From Lysobacterales bacterium (GTDB taxonomy: Bacteria; Pseudomonadota; Gammaproteobacteria; Xanthomonadales; SZUA-5): a DNA stretch of 35,345 nucleotides. The position numbers were made by a program, and so were the translations under genes. Location of the stretch: the NCBI GenBank assembly GCA_024710675.1, contig JANJUH010000021.1, positions 1-35,345 on the forward strand, given 5' to 3'. The notes below the pieces were generated by a model that saw only the letters and a list, made by a program, of their open reading frames with translations, did not search any database and was not told the origin of the DNA. This document shows positions 15,898 through 24,094 of the stretch, piece after piece (the first letter of the stretch is position 1; each line of letters begins with the position of its first letter).

Positions 15898-16863
15898 TCA
15901 CAGACTCAGCCGGCGCAACTCCACCGGCGCATGCGCGCGCGTCCAGACCTCCTCGAAATAGCGCGCCAGCTCGTCACGCCGCGGCGGGTAGTAGCAGTCG
16001 CCCTCGGCCTCGTAGCGATCGCCGAAGGGACGGAACAGGAAGCCGCCGGCATCGTTCAACAGGAAGGCCGACACGTAGCCCAGGTCTTCTTCCGCTGGAA
16101 CACGCACATGGACCACACTGGGCAGCCGCTGCCCGAGGTCGATCAGGCGGTGGCCTTCGCGCACCACACGGGTGGGATCCTGGAGCAGGATACGAATGTC
16201 GGCGCGGCGCCCCGACAGGGCCACCTTGCGGAAGGCCTCGACGATCGCCGGGTCCTCGTAGATCGGCGGGTCGAGGTCACGCGTGTACAGCCGGAGCTCG
16301 TGGCGCGCCCCCAGCGACACCGCCAGCGTCGCATCACGCAGGTCCCCCGCCCGGCTGGCACTGAGCCGTTCCCGATGGCCGGCGGGCGGCGCCATGCGTC
16401 CGGCGGTCGGCCTCGCCGAGGGGTCTTCCGGGGCGAGGTCCAGCGTCATCTTGCGATGCGCGATGCCGCACTCGTCGAACTCGGGCCCGACCGCGACGAA
16501 GCCCGCAGCCGCGTACAGCGGCAGTGCGTGCAGCTGGGCGTGCAGGCTCAGGTGCTGCAGGCCCCTCTCGCGCGCCCGTTCGACCAGGTGGCGCAGCAAC
16601 GCTGCCCCGATCCCCATGCCGCGCCAGGGCTTCAGAACCGCCATGCGGCCGATGCGGCCATCCGGCGTCAGGCGCGCGGTGCCGACCGGCTCACCGTCGC
16701 GGCTGCGCGCGAGCACATGGTCGGCCAGCGCATCGTCGCCGTCCCATTCCTCGTCCTCGGGCACCTGCTGTTCCTCGATGAACACGGCGGTGCGGACAGC
16801 GCGCAGTGCCTGCTCATCGACGGACCAGACAGCAGGCTCCAGGAAATAGCGATCTTCGATCAT
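15898..16863 (-). CDS. GNAT-family N-acetyltransferase fused to an uncharacterised C-terminal domain of about 170 aa
   Basis: Start is taken at MIEDRYFLEP (ATG 16863, G-rich RBS), giving 321 aa. The N-terminal roughly 145 aa contain ...VRTAVFIEEQQVPEDEEWDGDD...GRMAVLKPWRGMGIGAALLRHLVERA...LYAAAGF... (GNAT motif A, R-x-x-G-x-G). I do not recognise the C-terminal half. Confidence 0.8.
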   Translation of the reverse strand: MIEDRYFLEPAVWSVDEQALRAVRTAVFIEEQQVPEDEEWDGDDALADHVLARSRDGEPVGTARLTPDGRIGRMAVLKPWRGMGIGAALLRHLVERARERGLQHLSLHAQLHALPLYAAAGFVAVGPEFDECGIAHRKMTLDLAPEDPSARPTAGRMAPPAGHRERLSASRAGDLRDATLAVSLGARHELRLYTRDLDPPIYEDPAIVEAFRKVALSGRRADIRILLQDPTRVVREGHRLIDLGQRLPSVVHVRVPAEEDLGYVSAFLLNDAGGFLFRPFGDRYEAEGDCYYPPRRDELARYFEEVWTRAHAPVELRRLSL

Positions 16864-16940
16864 CTTGCCCCCGACAGCAGGTCGACAGGCAGAGGATAGG
16901 CCTTCGGTATGCTCCCGACATTGCCTGAAGGAGTACGGCC

Positions 16941-17951
16941 ATGAGTGTCCCGCAGCGCTTTCGCAGCTTCCGCATCCACCAGGAACCCCATCGCGCCGGT
17001 ATCGAGGAGATTGGCCTGGACGACCTCGCACCCGGCGAGCTGACGGTCCGGGTGGCGTACTCCAGCGTCAACTACAAGGACGCACTGGCCGGCACCGGGC
17101 GCGGCAAGATCCTGCGCAAGCCGACGCTGGTGGGGGGCATCGACGTCGCAGGACATGTCGTCGAGTCGCGCGATCCACGCTTTCGCGAGGGTGATGCGGT
17201 GCTGGTCACGGGTTCGGGGCTGTCCGAGACGCGTGACGGTGGGTACTCGGAGTACGCCCGCCTCGAGGCCAACTGGGCCGTGCCGCTGCCCGCGGGGCTC
17301 TCCTTGCGCGAAGCCATGGCCATCGGCACCGCTGGCTTCACCGCGGCCCTGTGCCTGTGGCGCATGGAAGCCGCCGGCCAGTCGCCCGGGCTGGGACCGG
17401 TACTGGTGACCGGCGCCACCGGCGGCGTCGGCATGCTGGCCATCGATATCGGCAACCGTGCCGGTTACGAGATGCACGCGCTGACCGGCAAGCCTGAACA
17501 GTTCGACGCACTGATTGCGCTCGGTGCGCGCCAGTGCATTGCCCGCACCGGGCTGTACTTTGGCCAACGTCCGCTGGAAACCGCGACCTGGGCCGGGGCC
17601 ATCGACAATGTCGGCGGCGAGGTTCTGTCCGGTCTCACGCGCATGATCAAGCCGTGGGGATCGATCGCCAGTTGCGGCATGGCCGGCGGCATCGAACTGC
17701 ACACCACGGTGATGCCCTTCATCATCCGCGGTGTCAGCCTGCTCGGCATCAATTCAGCCGGCACACCCTTCCCGATCCGTGCGGAACTGTGGCGACGGCT
17801 CGGCGCCGAATGGCGACCGGCCCACCTGGAGCGCATTGCCGCCCGGGAAGTGCCGCTGGACGGGCTGGCTGGCGTTTTCGACACGCTGATGGCGGGTGCT
17901 GCGGTCGGTCGCACGGTGGTTCGCATCGGCGATGGCGGCGATGACGTTTGA
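16941..17951 (+). CDS. NADPH:quinone/acrylyl-CoA reductase of the YhdH/YhfP (MDR) family
   Basis: ...LTVRVAYSSVNYKDALAGTGRGKILRKPTLVGGIDVAGHVVES...VLVTGATGGVG.... AAGGAG RBS at 16928-16933, 7 nt before the ATG. Confidence 0.85.
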   Translation: MSVPQRFRSFRIHQEPHRAGIEEIGLDDLAPGELTVRVAYSSVNYKDALAGTGRGKILRKPTLVGGIDVAGHVVESRDPRFREGDAVLVTGSGLSETRDGGYSEYARLEANWAVPLPAGLSLREAMAIGTAGFTAALCLWRMEAAGQSPGLGPVLVTGATGGVGMLAIDIGNRAGYEMHALTGKPEQFDALIALGARQCIARTGLYFGQRPLETATWAGAIDNVGGEVLSGLTRMIKPWGSIASCGMAGGIELHTTVMPFIIRGVSLLGINSAGTPFPIRAELWRRLGAEWRPAHLERIAAREVPLDGLAGVFDTLMAGAAVGRTVVRIGDGGDDV

Positions 17952-18019
17952 TCGCTTGTCCCACGGGTCGGTCGTGTGGGTAGAATGCGGCTGCATAGCT
18001 GTCCGTTCGCGGGGTTGAT

Positions 18020-18391
18020 ATGGCGCGTGTTCTGATCGTGGACGATTCGCCGTCGCAGTTGCTGGTGCTCAAGCGCATCGTCGAGAACCTTGGACACGAG
18101 GTGATCTCGGCCGAGGATGGGCAGCAGGGTGTCGAGATGGCGAAGAAGCACATCCCGGACCTGATCCTGATGGATGTGGTGATGCCCAATCTCAACGGCT
18201 TCCAGGCCACGCGCACGATTGCGCGCGAAAAGACCACCAGCCACATCCCGGTGATCCTGGTGACGACCAAGGACCAGGAAACCGATAGGGTCTGGGGTCT
18301 GCGCCAGGGTGCCAAGGGCTACATCACGAAGCCGGTCAACGAGGCCCAGTTGGTCAAGGCGATCAGCGACCACCTGCCGGCCGGGCGCTGA
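18020..18391 (+). CDS. Single-domain CheY-like response regulator, PilH/PilG-like
   Basis: MARVLIVDDSPSQLL...PDLILMDVVMPNLNGFQATR...IPVILVTTKDQETDRVWGLRQGAKGYITKP.... The DD pocket, phospho-acceptor D, T and K residues are intact. The KDQETD..WG.RQGA block matches my memory of PilH. A possible -10 TAGAAT lies at 17981-17986. Confidence 0.85.
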   Translation: MARVLIVDDSPSQLLVLKRIVENLGHEVISAEDGQQGVEMAKKHIPDLILMDVVMPNLNGFQATRTIAREKTTSHIPVILVTTKDQETDRVWGLRQGAKGYITKPVNEAQLVKAISDHLPAGR

Positions 18392-18399
18392 TCCACGCG

Positions 18400-18416
18400 G
18401 TCGGCCCATGGCCGAC
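18400..18416 (+). terminator. Stem-loop after the receiver gene (weak terminator candidate)
   Basis: GTCGGCC-CAT-GGCCGAC, a 7-bp stem with a 3-nt loop, 9 nt after the stop. No T-run follows. Confidence 0.3.
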
Positions 18417-18455
18417 TGACGTTACGAATCATCCGAAAGTCCCGCGCGCGCCGCA

Positions 18456-18485
18456 TTGACCTCTGCGGCGCGCCGCCCATAGCAT
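18456..18485 (+). promoter_or_regulatory. Candidate sigma-70 promoter of the second phaB paralog
   Basis: TTGACC (18456-18461), an 18-nt spacer, then TAGCAT (18480-18485). The -35 lies in the loop of the inverted repeat GCGCGCCGC/GCGGCGCGC (18446-18454 / 18465-18473). Confidence 0.35.
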
Positions 18486-18493
18486 TCCGTGTC

Positions 18494-18508
18494 TGCTGCA
18501 TTGCAGCA
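18494..18508. promoter_or_regulatory. Perfect palindrome TGCTGCA-T-TGCAGCA, candidate PhaR-type operator
   Basis: It lies 8 nt after the putative -10 and 2 nt before the AAGGAG RBS (18511-18516). The core CTGC-ATT-GCAG fits the remembered CTGC-N3-GCAG PhaR palindrome. Confidence 0.35.
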
Positions 18509-18524
18509 TCAAGGAGTGGAGCGC

Positions 18525-19274
18525 ATGGGCATGGAACGTCTGGCCGTCGTCACCGGCGGCATCGGCGGACTCGGCACCGAGATCTGCCGCAAGCTGGCCG
18601 CCTCCGGGCGACGCGTCGTCGCCGCCGACCTCGACAGCCATCCCGAGCGCATCGAGGCCTTCAGAAGCTCCTTGTCCGAGTTCAACGGCAAGGTGGCCTT
18701 CGAGGCGCTCAACGTCGCCGATTTCGAACACTGTGCCGAGTTCGCCGCCCGCGTCAGCGATCGCCATGGTCCGGTCGACATCCTGGTGAACGCCGCCGGC
18801 ATCACGCGCGACGCCAGTTTCCGCAAGATGGGCTCGCAGCAGTGGATGGACGTGATGCGCGTGAACCTCGACAGCGTGTTCAACATCACCCGCCAGTTCA
18901 TCGACGGCATGTGCGAACGCGGCTTCGGGCGCATCGTCAACATCAGCTCGGTCAACGGCCAGACCGGCCAGTTCGGACAGACCAACTACTCGGCGGCCAA
19001 GGCCGGCATGCACGGCTTCACCATGGCGCTGGCGCGCGAAGTGGCGCGCAAGGGCGTGACGGTGAACTCGGTCTCGCCGGGCTACTGCCGCACCCACATG
19101 GTGATGCAGGTGCCCGAGCAGGTGCGCAACGAGATCGTGTCCAAGATCCCGGTGGGCCGCCTGGGCGAACCACATGAGATCGCGCGCGTCGTGGAATTCC
19201 TCTCCGCCGAAGACGCCGGCTACATCACCGGCGCCAATGTGCCGGTGAACGGCGGCTACTTCATGACCTCCTGA
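18525..19274 (+). CDS. Acetoacetyl-CoA reductase-like SDR (second PhaB paralog)
   Basis: MGMERLAVVTGGIGGLGTEI...NAAGITRDASFRKMGSQQW...YSAAKAG...GANVPVNGGYFMTS. By eye it is about half identical to the phaB product at 5513-6253. ATG 18525 was chosen for its AAGGAG RBS 8 nt upstream. Confidence 0.85.
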   Translation: MGMERLAVVTGGIGGLGTEICRKLAASGRRVVAADLDSHPERIEAFRSSLSEFNGKVAFEALNVADFEHCAEFAARVSDRHGPVDILVNAAGITRDASFRKMGSQQWMDVMRVNLDSVFNITRQFIDGMCERGFGRIVNISSVNGQTGQFGQTNYSAAKAGMHGFTMALAREVARKGVTVNSVSPGYCRTHMVMQVPEQVRNEIVSKIPVGRLGEPHEIARVVEFLSAEDAGYITGANVPVNGGYFMTS

Positions 19275-19504
19275 GGCCGCGACGGGCAGCTCTGTGGGGC
19301 AGCGACATGCTGCACCAACGGGGTGCCCCTCTTCGCATTGCGAACCAGGGGCAGGAGGCAAGGGGAAGGGGAGTACGTACGCATCGAGGTTGGATCTTGC
19401 CGCTCGCCCAAACCCCTGCCCCGTGCCGCCCGCCCCCGTTCTTGGCCCCAGTCGAAGCCATGGACGACGCCCGTTTCACGGAGAGCTGAGCCAACGCTCC
19501 GCGA

Positions 19505-20908
19505 TCACTGCCCCCGCACTTCCTCCCCGGCCACCGGCGCACGCTGCTTGCGCACGATCAGCATTGCCATCTCGAGCGCCTGCTCGTAATTGAGCCGCGG
19601 ATCGACCGTCGAGCGGTAGGCACGGTTGAGGTCCTGCTCGGTGAGGTCACGCGCGCCCCCGAGGCACTCCGTGACGTCCTCGCCGGTCAGCTCGAGGTGC
19701 GCACCACCGAGGCGGCTGCCGCAGGCTGCGTGGATGTCGAAGGCCTGGTCGAGCTCGGAACGGATGTTCTCGAAGCGCCGGGTCTTGTAGCCCGAAGGCG
19801 TGCCCTCGGTGTTGCCATGCATCGGGTCGCAACACCACAGCACGCGACGCCCGTTGCTGCGCACCGCTTCGATCAGGCGCGGCAATGCCTCGCCGATCTT
19901 TGCCGCACCCATGCGGTGAATCAGCGTCAGACGCCCGGCATCGTTCTCCGGATTGAGCACATCGATCAGCCGCAACAATTGGTCCGGCGTGACCGAAGGA
20001 CCGACCTTGACCCCGATCGGGTTGCGAATCCCGCGGCAGTATTCGAGGTGCGCGCCACCGGGTGCGGCCGTGCGCATGCCGATCCATGGATAGTGGGTGG
20101 AAAGGTTGAACCAGCCCCACTGCCGCGGCACGCGGCGGGTCAGCGCTTCCTCGTAGTGCAGCAACAGCGCTTCGTGCGAGGTGTAGAAATCCACACGACG
20201 CAGGCTGCCCATCGGCGCGCCGCCGATGGTCTCCATGAAGCGCACGGCATCGCCGATCGAACGCACCATCTCACGGTACTCGCCCTCGAGCGGGGAGTGC
20301 TTCACCCAATCGAGATCCCAATACTCGGGGTGATGCAGGTCGGCAAAGCCACCGTCGATCAGCGCCCGCACGAAATTCATCGTCAAGGCCGAACGCGAAT
20401 GACCTTCGACCAGGCGGCGCGGATCGGCACGGCGCGACTCCGGGGTGAAATCCGGACCGTTGACCAGGTCGCCCCTGTAACTGGGCAAGGTGATGCCGTC
20501 GCGCGTCTCGAGGTCAGCCGAGCGTGGCTTGGCGTACTGTCCAGCGAAGCGACCGACCCGCACGATCGGCTGCTTCAGGCCATGCACGAGCACCAGACTC
20601 ATCTGCAGCAGGACCTTGAGCCGATTGGCGATGTGCGGACTGGAGCAGTCGGCGAAATTCTCGGCGCAATCACCGCCCTGCAACAGGAAACGCTTGCCTT
20701 CGGCAGCCTCCGCGAGCTCCTGGCGCAACTGCAGGATCTCCCAGGACGTCACCAGCGGCGGCAGCGTGCGCAATTGCACCAAGGCCTCATCAAGGGCCAC
20801 GCGATTCTCGTAGACCGGCTGTTGCAGCGCCTCGTACTGCTGCCATGATGCCGGCGCCCACGCTTCGGGTTCGCGGATCGCCGTGAGGGCGCGTTCGGGC
20901 CTGCTCAT
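19505..20908 (-). CDS. 3-deoxy-7-phosphoheptulonate (DAHP) synthase, class II
   Basis: 467 aa. ...WAPASWQQYEALQQPVYEN...LPPLVTSWEILQLRQELAEAAEGKRFLLQGGDCAENF... is characteristic of class II (plant/AroA-II type) DAHP synthases. Confidence 0.92.
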   Translation of the reverse strand: MSRPERALTAIREPEAWAPASWQQYEALQQPVYENRVALDEALVQLRTLPPLVTSWEILQLRQELAEAAEGKRFLLQGGDCAENFADCSSPHIANRLKVLLQMSLVLVHGLKQPIVRVGRFAGQYAKPRSADLETRDGITLPSYRGDLVNGPDFTPESRRADPRRLVEGHSRSALTMNFVRALIDGGFADLHHPEYWDLDWVKHSPLEGEYREMVRSIGDAVRFMETIGGAPMGSLRRVDFYTSHEALLLHYEEALTRRVPRQWGWFNLSTHYPWIGMRTAAPGGAHLEYCRGIRNPIGVKVGPSVTPDQLLRLIDVLNPENDAGRLTLIHRMGAAKIGEALPRLIEAVRSNGRRVLWCCDPMHGNTEGTPSGYKTRRFENIRSELDQAFDIHAACGSRLGGAHLELTGEDVTECLGGARDLTEQDLNRAYRSTVDPRLNYEQALEMAMLIVRKQRAPVAGEEVRGQ

Positions 20909-20920
20909 CTAAACCACTCC

Positions 20921-21433
20921 TCAGGATCGTGCCGGCCGGGCCGGCGGCAAGACAATGACGACCGCCATCAGGATGGCGAGCGCAACAAAACAAGTCAGCG
21001 TCCAGAAGGGCATGCTGAGCCCGAGGAATTGCCAATCGATATTGGCGCACTCTCCCGAGGTCATCAGCACGGTCTTCAGCATCTGGCCGAAGGGGAAGTT
21101 GTCCCACATGAAATCAAGCGGCGGCGCGCAGGACGGCAACTGGTCCTTGGGGAGCGACTGCAGCCACACGTGGCGACCGGCAATGGCCACTCCGAGTCCG
21201 GCCGCCAGGAACCCGCCCAGACCGTACAGGCGCGTGCCCAGCGATCCCGGCGCATGGAGCGCACCAGCAATCGCGACCAGCCCGACCAGGAGCACCGCGA
21301 CGCGCTGGAACATGCACAGCGGACAGGGCTCGAGCCCTAGGATGTGCTCGGCGTAGAAGGCATAGGCCAGCATCCCGGCGCAGGCAAGCGCAACGGCAAG
21401 GAAGAGCTGGCGATTGATGTAGGCAAAGGGCAT
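20921..21433 (-). CDS. dsbB: Disulfide bond formation protein DsbB
   Basis: MPFAYINRQLFLAVALACAGMLAYAFYAEHILGLEPCPLCMFQR... contains the CxxC pair. A second Cys pair (PSCAPP...SGECANIDW) and four hydrophobic segments are present. ATG 21433 is preferred over the TTG at 21475 that opens the track ORF. Confidence 0.85.
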   Translation of the reverse strand: MPFAYINRQLFLAVALACAGMLAYAFYAEHILGLEPCPLCMFQRVAVLLVGLVAIAGALHAPGSLGTRLYGLGGFLAAGLGVAIAGRHVWLQSLPKDQLPSCAPPLDFMWDNFPFGQMLKTVLMTSGECANIDWQFLGLSMPFWTLTCFVALAILMAVVIVLPPARPARS

Positions 21434-21539
21434 GAGCGTTCTCAGGCATCGCGCGGGTGGTCGCTTTTCGACCAAGGGAACACCCGCCGGGTTCCCCGAG
21501 TGTAGCCGGATTCCCTCGAATGCTGCAGCGCAGAACGCA

Positions 21540-21564
21540 CTAGGGCCGCACGAGGCGGCCCTAG
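21540..21564 (-). terminator. Probable terminator of the alpha operon (after rplQ)
   Basis: CTAGGGCCGC-ACGAG-GCGGCCCTAG, a perfect 10-bp stem, 29 nt downstream of the rplQ stop. On the transcript it is followed by UGCGUUCUGCG, which is only moderately U-rich. Confidence 0.55.
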
Positions 21565-21592
21565 CGGGTCACAACTTGACAAAGCCGCGTGA

Positions 21593-21997
21593 TCAGCCTT
21601 CGGCTTCACCCTGCGCGGCCGCCGCGGCAGCAGCAGCGGCCGGACGATCCACCAGTTCCACATAGGCCATCGGCGCATTGTCGCCGGCGCGGAATCCGCA
21701 CTTCAGGATGCGCAGGTAGCCGCCAGGACGGGCGCGGTAACGCGGACCCAACTCGGTGAACAGCTTGCCGACGGCCGCCTTGTCACGCAGGCGGCTGAAG
21801 GCGAGGCGGCGGTTGGCGACGCCGTCTTCCTTCGCCAGGGTGATCAGCGGCTCGGCGAAGCCGCGCAGCTCCTTGGCCTTGGGCAGCGTGGTCTTGATCA
21901 GTTCCTCACGGAACAGCGCAGTCACCATGTTGCGGAACATGGCCTGACGGTGGGAACTCGTACGCGCGAAGGCGCGGCCGGCATTACGATGACGCAT
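21593..21997 (-). CDS. rplQ: 50S ribosomal protein L17
   Basis: [24 protein letters not shown]...[25 protein letters not shown]. It ends in an unusual tail [16 protein letters not shown]. Confidence 0.97.
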   Translation of the reverse strand: MRHRNAGRAFARTSSHRQAMFRNMVTALFREELIKTTLPKAKELRGFAEPLITLAKEDGVANRRLAFSRLRDKAAVGKLFTELGPRYRARPGGYLRILKCGFRAGDNAPMAYVELVDRPAAAAAAAAAQGEAEG

Positions 21998-22016
21998 GGC
22001 AATACTCCTTCCTTGA

Positions 22017-23012
22017 TCAGCCGCCGAAACCGCTGGTCGCCAGACCCGGCGGCGGCCAGTTCTCGAGCTTCATGCCCAACGACAGCCCGCGGGCGGCGAG
22101 GACGTCCTTGATTTCCGTGAGCGACTTCTTGCCGAGATTCGGAGTCTTCAGCAGCTCGACCTCGGTGCGCTGGATCAGGTCGCCGATGTAATAGATGCTT
22201 TCGGCCTTCAGGCAGTTCGCCGAACGCACGGTCAGCTCCAGATCGTCGATCGGCCGCAGCAGGATCGGGTCGACCTCGGCGCGGCCGGCGCTCGGACGCT
22301 CCGCTTCTCGACGCGACACATCGACGAAGGCGCCGAGCTGGTCGACGAGGATACCCGCCGCCTGCTTCACCGCATCCACCGCATCGACAGTACCGTCCGT
22401 CTCGACATCAAGCACCAACTTGTCGAGGTCGGTGCGCTGTTCGACGCGCGCACTCTCGACCGCGTAGGCCACGCGCCGGATCGGCGAATAGGTGGCATCG
22501 ATCTGCAGGCGACCGATCGGACGCGCCTCGTCCTCCGGCAGGCGACGGCTGGTCGCCGGCTCGTAACCGACGCCGCGCGCGATCTTCAGGCGCATCGACA
22601 GCGAGACGTCCTTGGTCAGCGTGCAGATCAGCAGGCCCGGGTTGACGATCTCGACATTGTGATCGACCTGGATGTCGCCCGCCGTCACCGGACCGCGGCC
22701 CTTGCCGGACAGCGTGACCATGGTCTGATCGACGTTGTGCAGACGCACCGCCACATCCTTGAGGTTCAGCAGGATCTCGACCACGTCCTCCTGGACGCCC
22801 TCGATCGTGCTGTACTCATGGAGCACGCCGTCGATTTCGACTTCGGTGACCGCTGCGCCAGGAATCGAGGACAGCAGCACGCGCCGCAGCGCGTTGCCAA
22901 GCGTATGGCCGAAACCGCGGGCAAGCGGCTCCAGCACGACCCGCGCCCGACGTTCCCCGGCGTTCTCGACGACCAGGTTGTTCGGACGCAGCAAACTGGT
23001 TGCAGACGCCAT
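22017..23012 (-). CDS. rpoA: DNA-directed RNA polymerase subunit alpha
   Basis: ...[42 protein letters not shown]...[13 protein letters not shown]..., 331 aa. Confidence 0.98.
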   Translation of the reverse strand: MASATSLLRPNNLVVENAGERRARVVLEPLARGFGHTLGNALRRVLLSSIPGAAVTEVEIDGVLHEYSTIEGVQEDVVEILLNLKDVAVRLHNVDQTMVTLSGKGRGPVTAGDIQVDHNVEIVNPGLLICTLTKDVSLSMRLKIARGVGYEPATSRRLPEDEARPIGRLQIDATYSPIRRVAYAVESARVEQRTDLDKLVLDVETDGTVDAVDAVKQAAGILVDQLGAFVDVSRREAERPSAGRAEVDPILLRPIDDLELTVRSANCLKAESIYYIGDLIQRTEVELLKTPNLGKKSLTEIKDVLAARGLSLGMKLENWPPPGLATSGFGG

Positions 23013-23031
23013 GATGAGCGTACCTCTTGGG

Positions 23032-23658
23032 TTACTTCGAATAGAGCTCGACGATCAGATTTTCATTGATCTCGGCCGACAGGTCGCTGCGCTCGGGCAA
23101 CTGCTTGAAGACACCGGTCGCCTTGCCGGCATCGATCTCCAGCCAGCTCGGCGCCAGATCCATTTCCTGGCTGAGCTGCACCGCCTCCTTGACCCGGAGC
23201 TGGTCTTTCGCACGCTCGGCGAGCGCGACGACATCACCGACCTTGACCTGGTACGACGGCAGATTGACGACCTTGCCGTTGATCAGCACGCCGCGATGAG
23301 AAACCAACTGGCGAGCCTGGGCGCGGGTGACCGCGAAGCCCATGCGGTAGACGATGTTGTCGAGACGGCACTCCAGCAAGCGCAGCAAGTTCTCGCCGGT
23401 GGCGCCCTTGCGACGGGAAGCCTCGGCGTAATAGCGCCGGAACTGCCGCTCGAGCACACCGTACATGCGCTTGACCTTCTGCTTCTCGCGCAACTGCACC
23501 GAGTAATCGGAGCTCTTGCCCTTCTTGGCGGCGCCATGCTGACCGGGCTTCTGCTCGATCTTGCACTTCTTGTCGATGGGGCGGGCCGGACTCTTCAGGA
23601 AGAGGTCGGTGCCTTCGCGGCGGGCCAGCTTGCAGGTGGGACCCAGGTAACGAGCCAT
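23032..23658 (-). CDS. rpsD: 30S ribosomal protein S4
   Basis: [23 protein letters not shown]..., 208 aa. Conserved operon position. Confidence 0.97.
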   Translation of the reverse strand: MARYLGPTCKLARREGTDLFLKSPARPIDKKCKIEQKPGQHGAAKKGKSSDYSVQLREKQKVKRMYGVLERQFRRYYAEASRRKGATGENLLRLLECRLDNIVYRMGFAVTRAQARQLVSHRGVLINGKVVNLPSYQVKVGDVVALAERAKDQLRVKEAVQLSQEMDLAPSWLEIDAGKATGVFKQLPERSDLSAEINENLIVELYSK

Positions 23659-23674
23659 GTTCGATCCTCCTTGA

Positions 23675-24073
23675 TCAGACGCGGCGGCGCTTCGGCGGAC
23701 GGCAGCCGTTATGCGGAATCGGCGTGACGTCCTGGATGTTGGTGACCTTCAGGCCGAGGGCATTGAGCGCCCGAACGGCCGACTCGCGGCCGGGACCGGG
23801 CCCCTTGATGCGCACCTCGAGGGTCTTGACGCCGTATTCAACGGCCACGCGGCCCGCCTTCTCGGCAGCCACCTGGGCCGCGAACGGCGTGCTCTTGCGC
23901 GAACCGCGAAAACCGGCGCCACCCGAGGTGGCCCACGACAGGGCATTGCCCTGGCGGTCGGTGATCGTGATCACGGTGTTGTTGAAGGACGCCTGGACGT
24001 GCGCGATGCCGTCCGATACCGAGCGCTTGATCTTCTTCTTGGCCTTGCCGGCCGCGGCGGGTGCCTTGCTCAT
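23675..24073 (-). CDS. rpsK: 30S ribosomal protein S11
   Basis: ...[31 protein letters not shown]...[13 protein letters not shown]. Confidence 0.97.
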   Translation of the reverse strand: MSKAPAAAGKAKKKIKRSVSDGIAHVQASFNNTVITITDRQGNALSWATSGGAGFRGSRKSTPFAAQVAAEKAGRVAVEYGVKTLEVRIKGPGPGRESAVRALNALGLKVTNIQDVTPIPHNGCRPPKRRRV

Positions 24074-24094
24074 CTTTACCGTTCGTCCCGATGC

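Noticed and set aside
19413-19437. Formal G-quadruplex motif on the minus strand as a stand-alone regulatory element
   Set aside because: G/C-run motifs are expected frequently at this GC content. There is no independent support, so it is mentioned only within the spacer finding.
19294-19593. Small ORFs (60-99 aa, both strands) in the 19275-19504 spacer as possible novel small proteins
   Set aside because: They overlap one another in several frames. They are Pro/Arg/Ala-rich. They lack RBS-like sequences at the starts I inspected, and they extend into the neighbouring DAHP synthase gene.
21523-21533. Second CTGC-N3-GCAG motif (CTGCAGCGCAG) between rplQ and dsbB as a PhaR site
   Set aside because: It has no extended palindrome, no pha gene context, and a frequency consistent with chance in GC-rich DNA. 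It is kept only as a calibration point for the 18494-18508 site.
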